The position numbers and the translations under genes are program-made. Shown one piece after another: positions 1 to 13,021 of a stretch of DNA of 64,000 nucleotides (position 1 is the stretch's first letter; the number at the start of each line of letters is the position of its first letter). The DNA lies in NCBI GenBank assembly GCA_964036045.1, contig OZ038379.1, positions 44,020,001-44,084,000 of the forward strand. The letters run 5' to 3'. Source of the DNA: Eutreptiella sp. 'Long Island Sound 2002'. Taxonomy: Eukaryota; Protista; Euglenida. Under the pieces are notes generated by a model. That model had not been told where the DNA came from and ran no database searches. It worked only from the letters and a program-made list of their open reading frames with translations.

Positions 1-9
1 GCCAAGGAA

Positions 10-2526
10 TCAAATGTATTCAAGCAATGGATTTTGCAAAAATTCATGTTTGAACGACAAATTTTTGGCACCGCGGCCGTTGCAGATCCGTTGGGCCGTT
101 TCAGATCCAGTGCGGTAGCGTAAATGCGGTTTTGGCCGCAGAATGCCCCACAAAATCATAGGTGTGTAGTCGCCATTCCATCTAGGACACTTTAACATTT
201 TCTGGACCTCTTTCCTGGTGTCGTCGTCCAAAGCTTCCAAATCGGGCCTGGACGATCCCATGAGCCCAAATAAGCGGCGAACTTTCCGCTGAATTCCTTC
301 GGGTCCTGCATCGGGCTCTCTGATATGTTTTGTTTCGTCAAATGACTCCAAATTCTCAAAACCCATGTCACCTCCAAAGGACACATTTTTGTCTCCTGAA
401 AAATTTCCTTGATACTCGTCACCAAATTCACCTTATTTGCCATCCAATGCATTATCATCATTCCCACCAAAAGAGCAAGTGCCATAGCTAAACATTGTCC
501 CCAACGTTCGTTGCTCACCACTCTTCCAATCCCGGGAAATTCCACTCAGCGCCGGTTTTGGCACATCCAAAGTGGGTAACTTGCCTTGTGTGATGTTACG
601 ATGAAGCGTGTGTGGACGGGAAAACATTGAAGGGGTGTATCATTCACCATGACCCAAATGGAAATTATCACCAACAACTCCAAGAAACCTTTTTTTCGCT
701 GCACACGGGGCGGAGGTGGAACGTTTGGAGGCACTATCTTGTCCCCGCCCATAGAAAGCAGAGGACAGGCATTCAACCGATCTAGTTCTACGATTGGCAT
801 GCCCCCTTGAGCGCGCGGAGGACCATACCTGAAATGATTCATCGTCGCTGAATTCCTTTGCCTCATCCACTCCTTCGTGTTCCCATCCCTCAATGGCGTG
901 GCGGACCGCTGCCACCTCCCGTTGAAGATTGGAGACGTCGAGAGTGAGCGGTGCAATGGAAGGAGATGACGCAGAGTTAATGGGCTCATGTTTAATAGTG
1001 TGCTCAGAACTCAAACCCACGAGTTCATCAAGTAACTCGTGAATAAACGTACCCAACTGCCTAAATTTGTCTTCGTGGGTGCCTATACTAGCCTCCAAGT
1101 TATTTTGCACCTCTCTAATATCGGTTCGACACGAGCAAGAAAATGGGCAATCATCCCCACATTGCCCATTACCTCCCGGTGTGAATCCGACGGCCCCAAT
1201 TCTCATTGTAAATTCATGATTCCCGGCATGTTGTTCGCTGGATGAACTCGCATTTGCACGGTCCCGGAGCAAAGAGCGAAGAGAGTTAGTAAGATTCTCA
1301 TTGGCTCGCACCGAGGACGTACACGTGGCGATCTCTTGACCCAAAGTTGCATTGAACAACTCAATGCCCCTGAGTCCTGTTTCAATACTAGATTGGGCTT
1401 TACGAAATTCTACAACGCATGAACATTGCGAGTCACAAAAATGAGAAGGGATGGTTGACAAGGCATGGGAAGGAGAATCCGAGAGTGTGGACATTAAATG
1501 AGTCAAGCGATTAATTTGCTCTTGAAGGTTTTTTTCACAAGTCTGAATTTTCCCATGACAAGCCTTCTCCACTTTCTCAATGGCTCTAAGATGAGCCACT
1601 TGCATACTTGCAACACTCTCCGAATGCTCATGGCTCATCAACCAAATTTTTGCCTCATAATGATCTTGAACCTTGAAATTTTCATTCTCAACGAACTCAC
1701 GAAAGGTGATCTTCATTTTCTCAATACCACTCCAAAGCTTAGCAACATCTTTGCCACATGATTTACACGCCTGTTCCATCATGGACGTGGCGGCGGTAGC
1801 TTTTGAGTGCGATACATCCAAACGCCAACAATCCCCTCCCAATTGAAACTCGATCCAACAAAGGTATCTCCTTCAAAGGCGATGGTGGCAATTGAAATCC
1901 TTCACCCTCCAAAAATTGGGCGCCCTTGACAACCAACTCCCTTGGCAATCGCGAAGTGCTTTATTACCTTCCATGGTAGTCTTCAAACTCGTATTTTCGG
2001 CGCCAATTTGTTGGACATCCCTTGTTAATTGATTAAGAAATTCAAACAATCGCTTGTCCCAATCAACAATCTCACCACGAACTTGAGCAATCTCTGAGTG
2101 TAGACAATTATCGTTTTGCGATGCGACATGCAAGGCGCGAGCCACTCCTTCAAGGTGTTGAGAGTGCAAATCAAAGTGTTTGTGGAAAATGGAGTTTACT
2201 TTTTTTTGGCGTCGGAACTCATCGATAACGGACTCCATATGAGCGATAGGTTCACTTATGAACGTGAGCCACTCATGAAGATTGCATTGAGAGTCAAACC
2301 AACGTTCCCTTTCAACCCGAACCTTGCATGTTTCGAAATCAACATCCATACGCCAAACTTCATGGTGTTCTTCAATGTTCTCATTGGACGCAAGAGAGGT
2401 CAATGGAATCAAAGAGCCACACGCAAAGGCCGGCGCTTGATAAGCAATGGCTTGTTGTTGACCACGAACCGCTACCATGCTAGACATTTGTGAAGCCATG
2501 GATTGTTTGTCGATCCAATCGTGCAA
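10..2526 (-). pseudogene. Decayed long coiled-coil ORF, possibly retroelement gag-like; runs off the left window edge
   Basis: ORFs 640-1842, 433-627 and 10-384 share one frame, separated only by single stops (TGA 640-642, TAA 433-435). ORFs 1873-2526 and 1763-1948 join upstream through frameshifts. The N-terminal half is helical/coiled-coil, and KCPRWNGD near the C-end resembles gag P-x-F/W-x-G starts. The gag identity is inference. Confidence 0.4.
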
Positions 2527-3599
2527 AACCCACTTGTAGTTTTACTCCTTGAAATGAGAAACCTTGTTTTCACACCGGACTTATGCCAACTACAAAATCA
2601 CAGACCTCAATGATGTCCAAAGCGGGATCACAACATCAAGACCACGAATATCCATTCATTGTCATTGTTGCATCGTGAAACAGGACCCTGAAATGTGACA
2701 GTGAACCAACCCTCAATATTGATCATGATGAAATGATTATACAATCTGGTTGCTACAATCGTTGATCAACAAAGCGTACTGAATTGAAGCGTCGTCTATC
2801 TATCACACAGAAATTTGCACGCGATGATCCGAGGCGTGAGCGCTGCCGCGAATCCTATTCATCACAGCCGATTCTAACTGCCTGCAGCCAAGCTGGGCGG
2901 CCGTGAATCACTGCCACTTACACTTCTTACCCAAGCACTCTTGCCCAATCTCTCTCCAAGTAGCATGCTTTGAATTGGTTCGGTGTCACACGAACATGCA
3001 ATTAGGCAATCTTGGTTTCACATGTCCATGTGTGGATGGTTTCTATGCACATGACAATTTGTGTTTGCCAATGCCCTCGGTTCCCAAGCAATCAGGCATC
3101 AGGTGATCGAACTGAGTGGCATGTCCAAGCATGTGAGGGCCTGAGGTGTATGTCGTGTGTTGGCTTTACATCTTGTTCGTGCCTTTGGTTGGCGATACTC
3201 TAACCGCAGGAGCCCAGCAATTGGTATGCAGCATACATTAAACAGGTGAGGGTTGGTGGGCTGGCCCTTCTTGATGTCTTGTTCGCGAGCAACAAGTAAA
3301 CCCGCCAAGTCTATTCACTTGCTGGCCATTGTGTATGTCATTGCTAAGTGATAGGCACCCGGCGTCCGGTGTGAAGTACCGAGGCATTGCCAGCATGATG
3401 ATATATGGACAGTGTCACACATGCCACGTGTTAGGTAGTGCCATGAGGTCACTCTCCTAACTCACATTTGGTGATCCTCGTTGCAAGCCCTTTGTTTGTG
3501 ATCATTCGTTATTCATGAGTGTGGACAAGTCATGTTTGTGGCCATGCGATATTTTGTGTTCATGGAGGCCATGGTGTCACACTTAATCCACGGTGGCAC

Positions 3600-4790
3600 G
3601 TTCCTCATATTTGGAGCTCATGTTTCTCAATTCCAGTTTTGCCGCCTTGTAGGCAAGGGTGAGGATGGGCCATGTGGGCCACGCTTATGTTGAATCCGAT
3701 GATGCCATGGTGTCGTGTATCATTTCTTTGTGCTCCGCCATGTGCCATATGAACCTCATTGATGTCATTTTGTCGCGCATGACCTGAATGTCATTTTCCT
3801 CAATGTGGTGAATCGAGGTTGTTAGCATGGCGTCATATGTCCGTAGTTCGAATGTGCATGGTATATGAAATCGATTCTTCGAGTAAGGATGCAACATCGT
3901 CTTCGATAATCGCATACTCTATTCCAGGGCTTCACTTATACTTCTGTTTCTTCCTCTCCCTTTGCCCGACATTGTCTCATTTGCTCCTCTCTCCATAATC
4001 ATGTCCATGTATTGATGTGGATATGTTCAACCCAATTTGGCAATCATTTATTGCGACTCCATTGGTCAAACTCATTCGAATTCATTGATCAAGTGTTCGG
4101 ATTTTATTGCAAGGGTTGCCAACGGGTGTACCTACGGGATTTGTTTGGATTCTGTGGTCAGAGGTTACCAAGGGTACTTACAAGAATCTTGGATTTTGGG
4201 TTTATAAAGCATGGAATCACTGGTGAGGTCAAGGACGATGGGAGTCACGGGAAAGAGGGTGGAGAAATCGGGTATAGGCGGTAGAGTTCGCACTATGGCA
4301 GGGGCTGGTCCTACAGACCTTCTTTAGCACGCCACCAAGAACACGAGAAGGGGGCGCACACAGAACGGGCCTGGTGTGAAACAAAGATGTCAAATTCTGC
4401 ATCCTGTGAATCATAAATGATATAAATTCAGAATTCCTCCAAATTTATACCCAAAATGGCTGAAATCGCTGAAATAGGTGAAGTGTAGGATGGAATGCAG
4501 CCAAATGGGATGAGACTCTGAAACATCATTGAAAACATACTTTTTGAAAGAGTCCATAACACCTTGCTTTGGAAGACTGCTCCAAATGAGTTGCAACCTA
4601 CCTGCAAACTTTCCTGTGGCATTTACTCCAAATAGAAGCGTGAATTGCCTCTTGTCTCCAAAACCTTGGATTGACAATTGGTTGCCTCCGCTCTCCTCAT
4701 AGGTTTCATTCGGACATGGTACAAGGAGAACCCCGGTCTCATCAGCATTCACCACAATTCCTCATCTTCTTGCATTGCTTCATTCATTGG
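3600..4790 (-). mobile_element. Degenerate pogo/Tigger-type (DDE_1) transposase remnant
   Basis: ORF 4411-4755 begins VVNADETGVLLVP...GDKRQFTLLFGVNATG, matching the DDE_1 N-x-DETG...K-x-R-x-T-V-L...NA-x-G signature. Downstream sequence is heavily interrupted, so the boundaries are approximate. Confidence 0.7.
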
Positions 4791-5120
4791 TTCATCCTTT
4801 GAGGGAGATGTAGGTTCATTATGAATCACCGATGCAAATCAAAAGTTGCCGCAAGGTCCCTCAAGGAGGGCGAAGGCAACGGCGATCGCAACCTTCATTT
4901 TAACCTCACAACGGCTTTGTACGACGGAAACTCAACCCAAATCACGTGTAATTTGATGTCCCGCAACACCTACAAGTAGTGGTAACGTCAAAACATATCA
5001 TCCCAAAATTGCTACTTCATAGATCATCACTTATCAATCTAACACGAAGGAGGGTTACCAATGGCACCTTTACGTTCCCTACCACCGTGCTGACAAAGGA
5101 GAATATTCCAAATGAGCAAC

Positions 5121-5540
5121 TAAGGTTGGGAACCTCGTTGCTTTAAGCGGTTTTAAACGATTGCGTTTACAAAAATAACCGGCTTTGCCGATTAAAAGTT
5201 TTCAAAATGACCCGTTTTTCCGATTAATTGCCCCTTACTAACCAAAATCTTGCCATCGGTACAAGAGAGCCCATAAAAGTTGGAGCACAGGGATCAAAAC
5301 TACGTTAGAAGTTATAATTCACCATCGGCCATCGTTTATTGCTACCAAAGCCGCTGTTTAGTGCAAAAGTTGGACAGAAGGTACTGCCTAAAAAAACCTG
5401 ATAAATTGGGAACCATTCCGATTAATTGGTTAAATCGGTTTTCAGAATAAACAATTGTGCCAATTGCTTTGAAAATACGCTCAGATTATTGCCCAGTAGA
5501 GGTTTTTCCGATTAGCTGCTGAAACCGGTTCCGAACCCTA
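5121..5540. mobile_element. hAT-type MITE, 420 bp
   Basis: 14-bp TIRs: TAAGGTTGGGAACC (5121-5134) and GGTTCCGAACCCTA (5527-5540). Perfect 8-bp TSD TGAGCAAC at 5113-5120 and 5541-5548. Internal AACCG/CCGATTAA subterminal repeats. Confidence 0.85.
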
Positions 5541-5956
5541 TGAGCAACAACCGCAAACGGAGAAATTTTGTGGCACAATCTCCTAGCATTACAGTTAGAT
5601 TCACAAATGCAATCATCAACGATTCCCAAGTTCGCTTCGACAACAACAACACATACCATGAAAAAAGGTTAAAGCAGTATCCGACAAACAGTTTGCGTAC
5701 TTCGAAAAGAGCTTCTTGCCACATTTCTGCTATGGAGGTCTAAATCAAGCAATGATGTGAAGCATCTAGCAATCATTCACCAAAATGGAAACACAAGAGA
5801 AACATTATTTTTCATGAAAAAGGCGCATTCATACCTTCAAAGTATAAAGAGTTCATCCTCAATTTTTGTTTCAAGAAGCCCTGGGATCACAGCCGCCAAC
5901 CGTAGGCTACTCCCTTGCAAGTGTTATCCAGAGAAATGGGAATTCTCTAGACACGC

Positions 5957-6625
5957 TCTTATCCGGAGAATTGCGGCAAAATGGCCGCCAAAAGCCGAGA
6001 ACTAGGGATCGCTAGCTGTGAACACGGGATTCGAACCGCCGCTGTGACAGGGGATCAACACTACACTGGCATTGGCTACATTGCATGAGGGTACTTCGCA
6101 ATCGCAGACAAAAAAGATTTAAATTCTCAAAAAAATTTTCGTATTTTTGATTGCATTGTCCACTGCCGATTTTTTTTCTACCATCAAAAATTTATGTAAT
6201 AACTTTTCCTGTGATCGTCCAAAATTCTGATACTCCAATGGTGACATTGGCGTCGACCGTTTTTTTGTCAAAGGTTCGATTCCCGCTCGGTGAGTTTTGC
6301 CGCCAGTTGCTTTTTTTGCACGGTAACCTGCGCTGCACAAATTTTGGGAGCGGGATTCGACCCCGGCATTAAAACATTAGGCATATTACGGATGGAGCCA
6401 CGCAACATATGCATCCAAGATTCTGACAATTGAATTTCTTTTTTGCCTCCTGTTGGATCTCTTTTGTCTGCTATTTGAAAATCCTCAATATGCTGGTTTT
6501 GGTTTTGGTTTGGTTTTGGTTTGGTTTGTTGTGTCAATGTCCGCTATCTCAGCAGCGGTGCGAATCCTGTGTTCACAGCTGGGGATCGCCATCTTGCGGC
6601 TGTGCGCCGCAATTCTCCGGATAAG
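5957..6625. repeat. Imperfect foldback with four Pol III B-box-like (tRNA T-loop-like) motifs
   Basis: Outer arms: 6005-6044 vs 6550-6589 match 34/40 as inverted repeats, extended by CTTATCCGGAGAATTGCGGC and its reverse complement near 6605-6625. Inner inverted pair: 6273-6288 and 6348-6363 (14/16). Each arm carries GGTTCGAWTCCC-like sequence. Confidence 0.55.
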
Positions 6626-7135
6626 GGCTTACACTAAGGTTGCAGGGGCAAAATCTAGTGCGCAAACCAAGGGATAAGTTCATAACGTTGGCTTACCGTC
6701 TCGTTCAGGGGCGGTTTTTTTCCACTTAGAGAGCAACACTGGGGCACAAAAAGCCTCCCTCGGTTTTTGCGAACTCATTGATATGTCGGAGAAATTCTAA
6801 TTTTCCAAGAGACCAAAGAATTTCGCAGTTCTTCGCGGCTGCCCGTTCGCGAAGGAGGCAGGGGGGAGGCGGGAGCGTACGTGTGTATTGCACATAGGTC
6901 TTTCACCATGAGCCCCCCCCCCACCTATTTTGAGGGTGCCGGATCACAAAAAAAAAAGCACGGTTGGGCCTCATATGCCGCCTACAGACTAGAGGTTCAT
7001 AGAGTGAATTAGCAGTCCAACTACCAGCGGCAACACAATATCCTTCAATGATTCGGATGACACGGATACCAATGTTCGTGAGGAAATGGAGAAAACATGC
7101 AGTTATGTTCGAACGAGCCTTGCCGCCAACAACTA

Positions 7136-7372
7136 TAATGATCTTAATAATGATCTTGTCTTTGACTTAAATTTTGGAAATCCTTCATGCATTTTTGAAA
7201 TCCCTCAAAATCCAGCGTGCAATGAACACCTTGATCACCTTACATACTTTCATCTTGTTAATCTGTAACAAACGGCGATTTTATAATACAAACTCTCTGA
7301 GTACTATTTTACTGTCATGCTGCACTGTGCGCGCGATCCCACCGCAGCACTGTGCGCGCGATCTTATGACAC
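7136..7372 (+). repeat. Direct repeat copy 1 (~237 bp); partner at 9651-9888
   Basis: Near-identical sequence from TAATGATCTTAATAATGATCTTGTC to CGCGATCTTAT in both copies, 2,515 bp apart. Confidence 0.9.
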
Positions 7373-9117
7373 TCCCCGCACAAGACATTTGCAGGTGGGT
7401 GCAATACAACGCAAATGGCTGAAAACCTAAGCGCGCGCACACAAAACAAAATAGACACTCAGTCATACACAAAGAGGGGGGGGGGGGCTAAGCCCTGTCT
7501 AGTAACTGGGAAACATACAGAGTTAAAATAGAAAGAAAAATACTGACAAACAGTTTTCAAAAACACAAAATTGCTGTATTTTCTGCCATCATGCAAAATG
7601 GTCAACTATACAAGATCCCTACCTGCCCTGCAGAAAACACCAGCAACAACACGTGGATATCAGTGGGTTTTCATGTGTATCAGCAAGCGTGCAAAAACCT
7701 GCAGCTTCTGTACAACAAACCACTTAACCTGTTTAACCTGATTCTCAATCCACGCTTCGTTCTGGCCCTGCAGAGACAGTGACAAGGGACAAACACGCAT
7801 ATCATATAAAAAAATGCGCAGCGTGTCCGACTGCGAATGAATGAGCAAATACCTGAAGAATTTTCTAGTGTGTACTTCTGACCTCCAACTTCTGAATTTC
7901 TCATAACCTCCTAAACAGCAGAGATACACAAAATCTACGACCCAAACACTGCAACTATGCAAGCAGGCACTATGCCACAGACACTCGAAGACGTTCCTGA
8001 AATACTTTACTACCTACACGAAGCATTACTGCAGTAACAAAGTAAAACGAAAGACAACCAACGAAAAAAAAGAGAAAAAAAAAGCCGTGTCTGCACAAAT
8101 GCACATACATGAAACACACCTATAGCAAAATAATAGCACACGTACGAACGGACGAAAACAAGACCGGACTAGCAGACGAGGAATCACTCAACACACACGG
8201 GCATTGTCAGCATAAAGCAATAGTAAACCACGCCACAATGGCTCATCGCCGGCCAACAGCTGCAAATCCTGTCCATCAGGCCATGTGTAGCACGCACCAA
8301 GGCCAGGGCGCGCAGCGAAACTCACGCTGCACCACCGAAAAGAAAAAAATCACCCTAGAAGAAAACACAGTCCAGGGGGGTGTCCGGGGGAAGCATCGCG
8401 CAACCCCAAGGACTGGGCGCTTCGCACGCCACACAAAAAAATTCGCCGCATCACGCAGCGCGGGCGGGGTGCCTCACGCACCGCTCAGCGCATCACGCGC
8501 ACACCCTAGGGTTTGGGGGTCGGGAGCCTCACGCTCCTTAGACAGTAGGGGGTTTACCGTAAATTTCTGAACATCGCCCGCAGTGGGCGGCCCTCGCCGG
8601 AGGCGGTCAACAAGCCAGGGCACGAAAATAAAGGCAAAGGTAGAAAGAAAGCCCAAACGCCATACATACTCACCCTGAAACGGAAGCACCCTAAAAGGAA
8701 AAGGAATAGGGTCTTGGCCATGCGCAAAAGGCGGAGTTGGCCAACCAATTTAGGCTCACAAATAAAAGGAAAAGCACCAAAGGCGCGATGAAAAAAAATG
8801 AGGACACGGGCATGCAACGGGAGAACACACCATGGGCGCACAACACTGGCGTCTCCAAAACATCTGCCTTCAAACCCCATAAACGTATCTCCACTGCTAA
8901 CCTACAAGGAAACACGAAAATAACCCCAAACAAAAATTCCGCCTCATGCACTTCACAGCAGGCATGCAACGGTAAACACACCTCAAAACAGGGTGCTCCG
9001 CCGCTCACCACACTGTTCACGCGCCGTCATGCCGTTCAGCCCTGAGGGCTTGCTTTCAATTTTTTCCCTGCCCTGCAACGGAGGCAACGGAAGAAACGCA
9101 AAAAAAAATAACTACCC

Positions 9118-9567
9118 TTAAAAAAAACTACTGCACAACGACGTGAACGTGCCACAACGCGGCAATACTTCAAAATACTTACGTGTATCGCTTATGCCTC
9201 CTTGCATGAGTTCTGTATGGAGCGCCGCATTAGCACGGTGCAGGTCTTCATTGTCCCTCTCTAGGCGCTGCTTCCGGCGTTCAGCCACCAGCAGCTTGTC
9301 TTGCTCGTCGTTCAGCGCCTCCTGCGCTTGCCGTAGCTGTGCCTTTGTCAACTTGAGCTGAGCATGCAGTTTTTTCGATGTCCTATCAAAGTGCTTGCGC
9401 TCTTGCTTTAATTCGCGTTGAAGCTCTTCAGTACGCAGCTGCAGCTCCTCATTGCAGCACGTCAGCCGCCACTGTTCAATCTGGAGCTCACGATAACGGG
9501 GCTGATCCGGCATCGGTTCTCCACAAATCTCAGTAGGCCACTCAGTTTTCAAACTGCTCCATGACAA
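9118..9567 (-). CDS. Coiled-coil ORF of unknown function between the two direct repeats
   Basis: 149-aa ORF with an extended E/Q/K/R/L heptad-like stretch (EELQLRTEELQRELKQERK...LERDNEDLHRAN). No domain recognised. Confidence 0.4.
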   Translation of the reverse strand: MSWSSLKTEWPTEICGEPMPDQPRYRELQIEQWRLTCCNEELQLRTEELQRELKQERKHFDRTSKKLHAQLKLTKAQLRQAQEALNDEQDKLLVAERRKQRLERDNEDLHRANAALHTELMQGGISDTRKYFEVLPRCGTFTSLCSSFF

Positions 9568-9650
9568 AGGCCTCGATTGCGATGAACTTTGCGACGAATC
9601 TCACACTGCACCAGCAGGAACAGACATACCGAGCTCGATTACCAAGATTG

Positions 9651-9888
9651 TAATGATCTTAATAATGATCTTGTCTTTGACTTAATTTTTGGAAATCCTT
9701 CATGCATTTTTGAAATCCCTCAAAATCCAGCGTGCAATGAACACCTTGATCACCTTACATGATTTCATCTTGTTAATCTGTAACAAACGGCGATTTTATA
9801 ATACAAACTCTCTGAGTACTATTTTACTGTCATGCTGGCACTTTGCGCGCGATCCCATCGCAGCACTGTGCGCGCGATCTTATCACAC
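9651..9888 (+). repeat. Direct repeat copy 2
   Basis: Matches 7136-7372 with scattered substitutions. Confidence 0.9.
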
Positions 9889-10608
9889 AACACAGCCAAA
9901 AAAGAAAACAAAACACTAAGGTCCACCAATGTGAGTCAGTCCAAATGAAGAGTTTGGGGGCGCAAAATCTAGACATCGTAATCAACACATCGTTACTGTT
10001 ACAATATCTTCGTTCTAGGCGAATTTGTTGCGAAAATTGTTTCGGGTTTCTGCCACCGAGCGGTCCTTCGCTAAAAACGGAACGCGGGGCTAAATTGCTA
10101 CGGGCTGAGCCGGGACCTTAGTGTATTCGGAGACTTCGCAATTCTCCAGACAACGCTTGCGCTACCCGCTACAGTGTACCGCCGCTCGTAAGTAGAATTG
10201 CCGCACATGTAAATTTAAAGTAAATAATAATACTCCGGACCGCAGGGCAAACGTAAATTGAAAAGATAATAATGCAGCCAAAATCCGACGCTGTTATTGT
10301 AAATCACTTTGTAACCCCACTATAATTTGAAGCCTCAAGACACAAGCTTAGTCCTCGTAGGGAACCCGACCTGGTACGGAGTGACGTGGAAAGAGAGACA
10401 CAAGTCAACACTGGATTCGACACTTCTTGTCGCGAGAAGAAGTGTGGACTCCTGTGGTGAGCAATGGCTCGACTAATCCTGCGTGAAAACTACATGCATG
10501 CTCTATAAAAATAGGACATTCCTACGTTTCGCTTGTACGCGCTACACAGAAACCGATGTTGTGGTCTTTCTTTTTGTGTTGACGTTTGCCCGTTTACCGA
10601 GGAGAAAT

Positions 10609-10966
10609 CAGGGCTTGGAACCGGTTTTTCAGGTATTGCCAATAACCGGTACCTGTTTAGCATGGTTGTTTGAAACCAATAACCGGTTTCATTTTCTGCA
10701 CACAAGCCAATAACTGGTTTTTTTTTTTTGCTAAACATCCGGTATTGGCAATTAAATCATAAATAGTTACGTGGTTCTGTATTGTCCCAACCACTTGTAC
10801 AACTGACAATTGGACACCCAAATTATCAATAACCAGTACCTGTTTGATACATAAGTCCAAACCAATAACTGGTGTTTAATATGATGAAAAAACCAATAAC
10901 CGGTTTGGATTTTTGAAGTGAACAACGATAACCGGTTTTGGATATCAAAAAAGGTTCCAAGCCTTA
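10609..10966. mobile_element. hAT-type MITE, 358 bp
   Basis: TIRs CAGGGCTTGGAACC (10609-10622) and GGTTCCAAGCCTTA (10953-10966). Perfect 8-bp TSD GGAGAAAT at 10601-10608 and 10967-10974. Many internal CCAATAACCGGT subterminal repeats. Confidence 0.88.
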
Positions 10967-13021
10967 GGAGAAATACCCACACTAGTCGACGTATAGAGCA
11001 CTTGAGTATTTTTTCAACGTCAATTTAATATTTTGATACTAGCCACGTGTGTTACATGGTTGAGTTGGTTTACCGCGAAGATGAAGGAACAGTGGGCAGC
11101 GTTTGCACACTCATCACAATTGGTGCACACGACGGGGCACACAAACTTTCAAAGAACAGGGTAAAATGGCGGAATGATCTATCTGGATGTGTCCGGAGGG
11201 CACTGAGTGTAGTGAATGTTTGGCATTCGGGGTATACTGATGGGGCTTCCACACGATGAAGGGCGCAACAGGTGGAAAGAGTAGGAATGTTTGGGGTCTA
11301 GGAACCGGTTGATTTACAAGGTCTAGAGAAACAATTTTTGGGATATGTTCCCGTGCCATACGGGTAACTGTACGGTGCTAGAGGCAGTGTAGAGGTTTTG
11401 GGTCCCCGAGTTGGCAATATCAAAAGACTTGAGGTACTTGTTGTTGGGAGCATGGGGTAAAGTCTATGAATGGCACTCCCGGGGGTTGACAATGTATGCT
11501 AGTAGGTTAAAGGCCAGAGCTTCCAATAAAACGGACAGAAATTAGGTGTTCCGAGGGGGAGCACTCATCAAAAGGCAATGCTACCATGTAGAGGGAGTCT
11601 CATGCGGTGTCTAGCTCACTGGGTGTCTTGTGCATTGGTCCCATGCCAACACAAGCATCATCTAGCTTACAAGCTGGGCGTGCATTGGGGATGCCCACCG
11701 CCTGCGACCGCGTGCGACTGCTTCTGAAAAATTTCGTACACATCTACGGATGGCATAACCCATACACTCACTCCCCCACTCCCCCAAGCCCGCCCGGCCT
11801 TTTCCCCTCTGTCCCTCCAAGTGTGCAATGCCTTAACCCATCCAAGGAAAGACATGTCACAATTGTCTCTTGCACTAAATAGTAGCAATGGCAACGGCTT
11901 GTTGCCTGCCTCATTGTCAACACAAGTGGTTGGACGCAGGGGGCCCTTGCCTTTTGCCACTTGGCACAATGAACACGCTCCTTCTTAGCTTCCATTAGAT
12001 CCGTCGTCTGCCCTTTTTGTTGGGCCTCCTTTGGTAGGGCATTGCGCGTGCGGTCATTCCTATCTTTTCGAACATGCAAGATGCCCTGCAACGCCAGCGA
12101 CCTTGAGGCGGCCTAGTGGTCATTGTATCCCTCTTCCTCGGTTGCTAGATGATGGCCATGAAAAGAACGCAAGACGCAGGCAACTGCTGATGGCACATCA
12201 AATTGTGAAGCCACTGGAGGATACCCATTTTTGCGCCGGGCTTTTACATGAAGGTCACGAAATACCTTCTCGGCCTCATGTGCACGACGACGAACATCAA
12301 CAATGGGAATAGAAACCGTTTACCAGTTGCAAAATTTGGTCCTTTAGACCCCATCGTGACTTTTTTTCATAGTGCTGACGTCATCTACTTATGGAATTGT
12401 TACTTTCGGGTACAAAAGGGTTTTGGTCAGTTAAAAAAAATATGTGGTGAAAAATACTTTCATGGCAAAGAGCACAAGAAAATATGTGCGCCGAGGAGTC
12501 ACAAGCCATATTACAATTGCGTGGAGCCCTGAAAAGGGGGTTTTTGGCCAAAGAAGGGCATCTCAAGCGCCTGCGACCGCCTGCGACCGCTTGCGACGGT
12601 GCCCACCCCCATTGGGCACTACCTCCCCCATCTTCGGCCCCGCGCCGTACCGCGCCGTACGGCGTTCCATGCGGCGCCGTACGGCGCCGTAAGGCGCCCG
12701 GCGCCGGGATTTCAGGCCCCGCAGCTGGGATTTCACGCAATGTCACGGTGCGCTAAATAAAATCAGAGAAATTCACCTGGTCAGCAAGAAATTCTACATA
12801 GAAGTAATCAATGGTACCAGCTTTTATCCCCCTCTGAGGTTTCTTGCGCAAATTCGGAACCTAGCCTTTCTGGATGACAGCAGATTCAAGGATGCTGGCA
12901 ACTAGTGCCAGTGTTTGAGAATCTGCAGCATCCACATTTCTATTCTCCGTTCTTAACTGAACTTGGTGGCCTGAGTTCCAAGGCAAGTTGAGGGGTGTGT
13001 GGGCCCACACATGTGCATGTA

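Noticed and set aside
6020-6090. Functional tRNA-Asp gene on the minus strand
   Set aside because: The anticodon-loop-like and T-loop-like motifs are only 6 nt apart, and no acceptor stem or D-arm could be built.
11292-11306. Left TIR partner for the orphan hAT end at 20849
   Set aside because: The match needs an indel, and the preceding 8 bp do not match GCTTTTAC.
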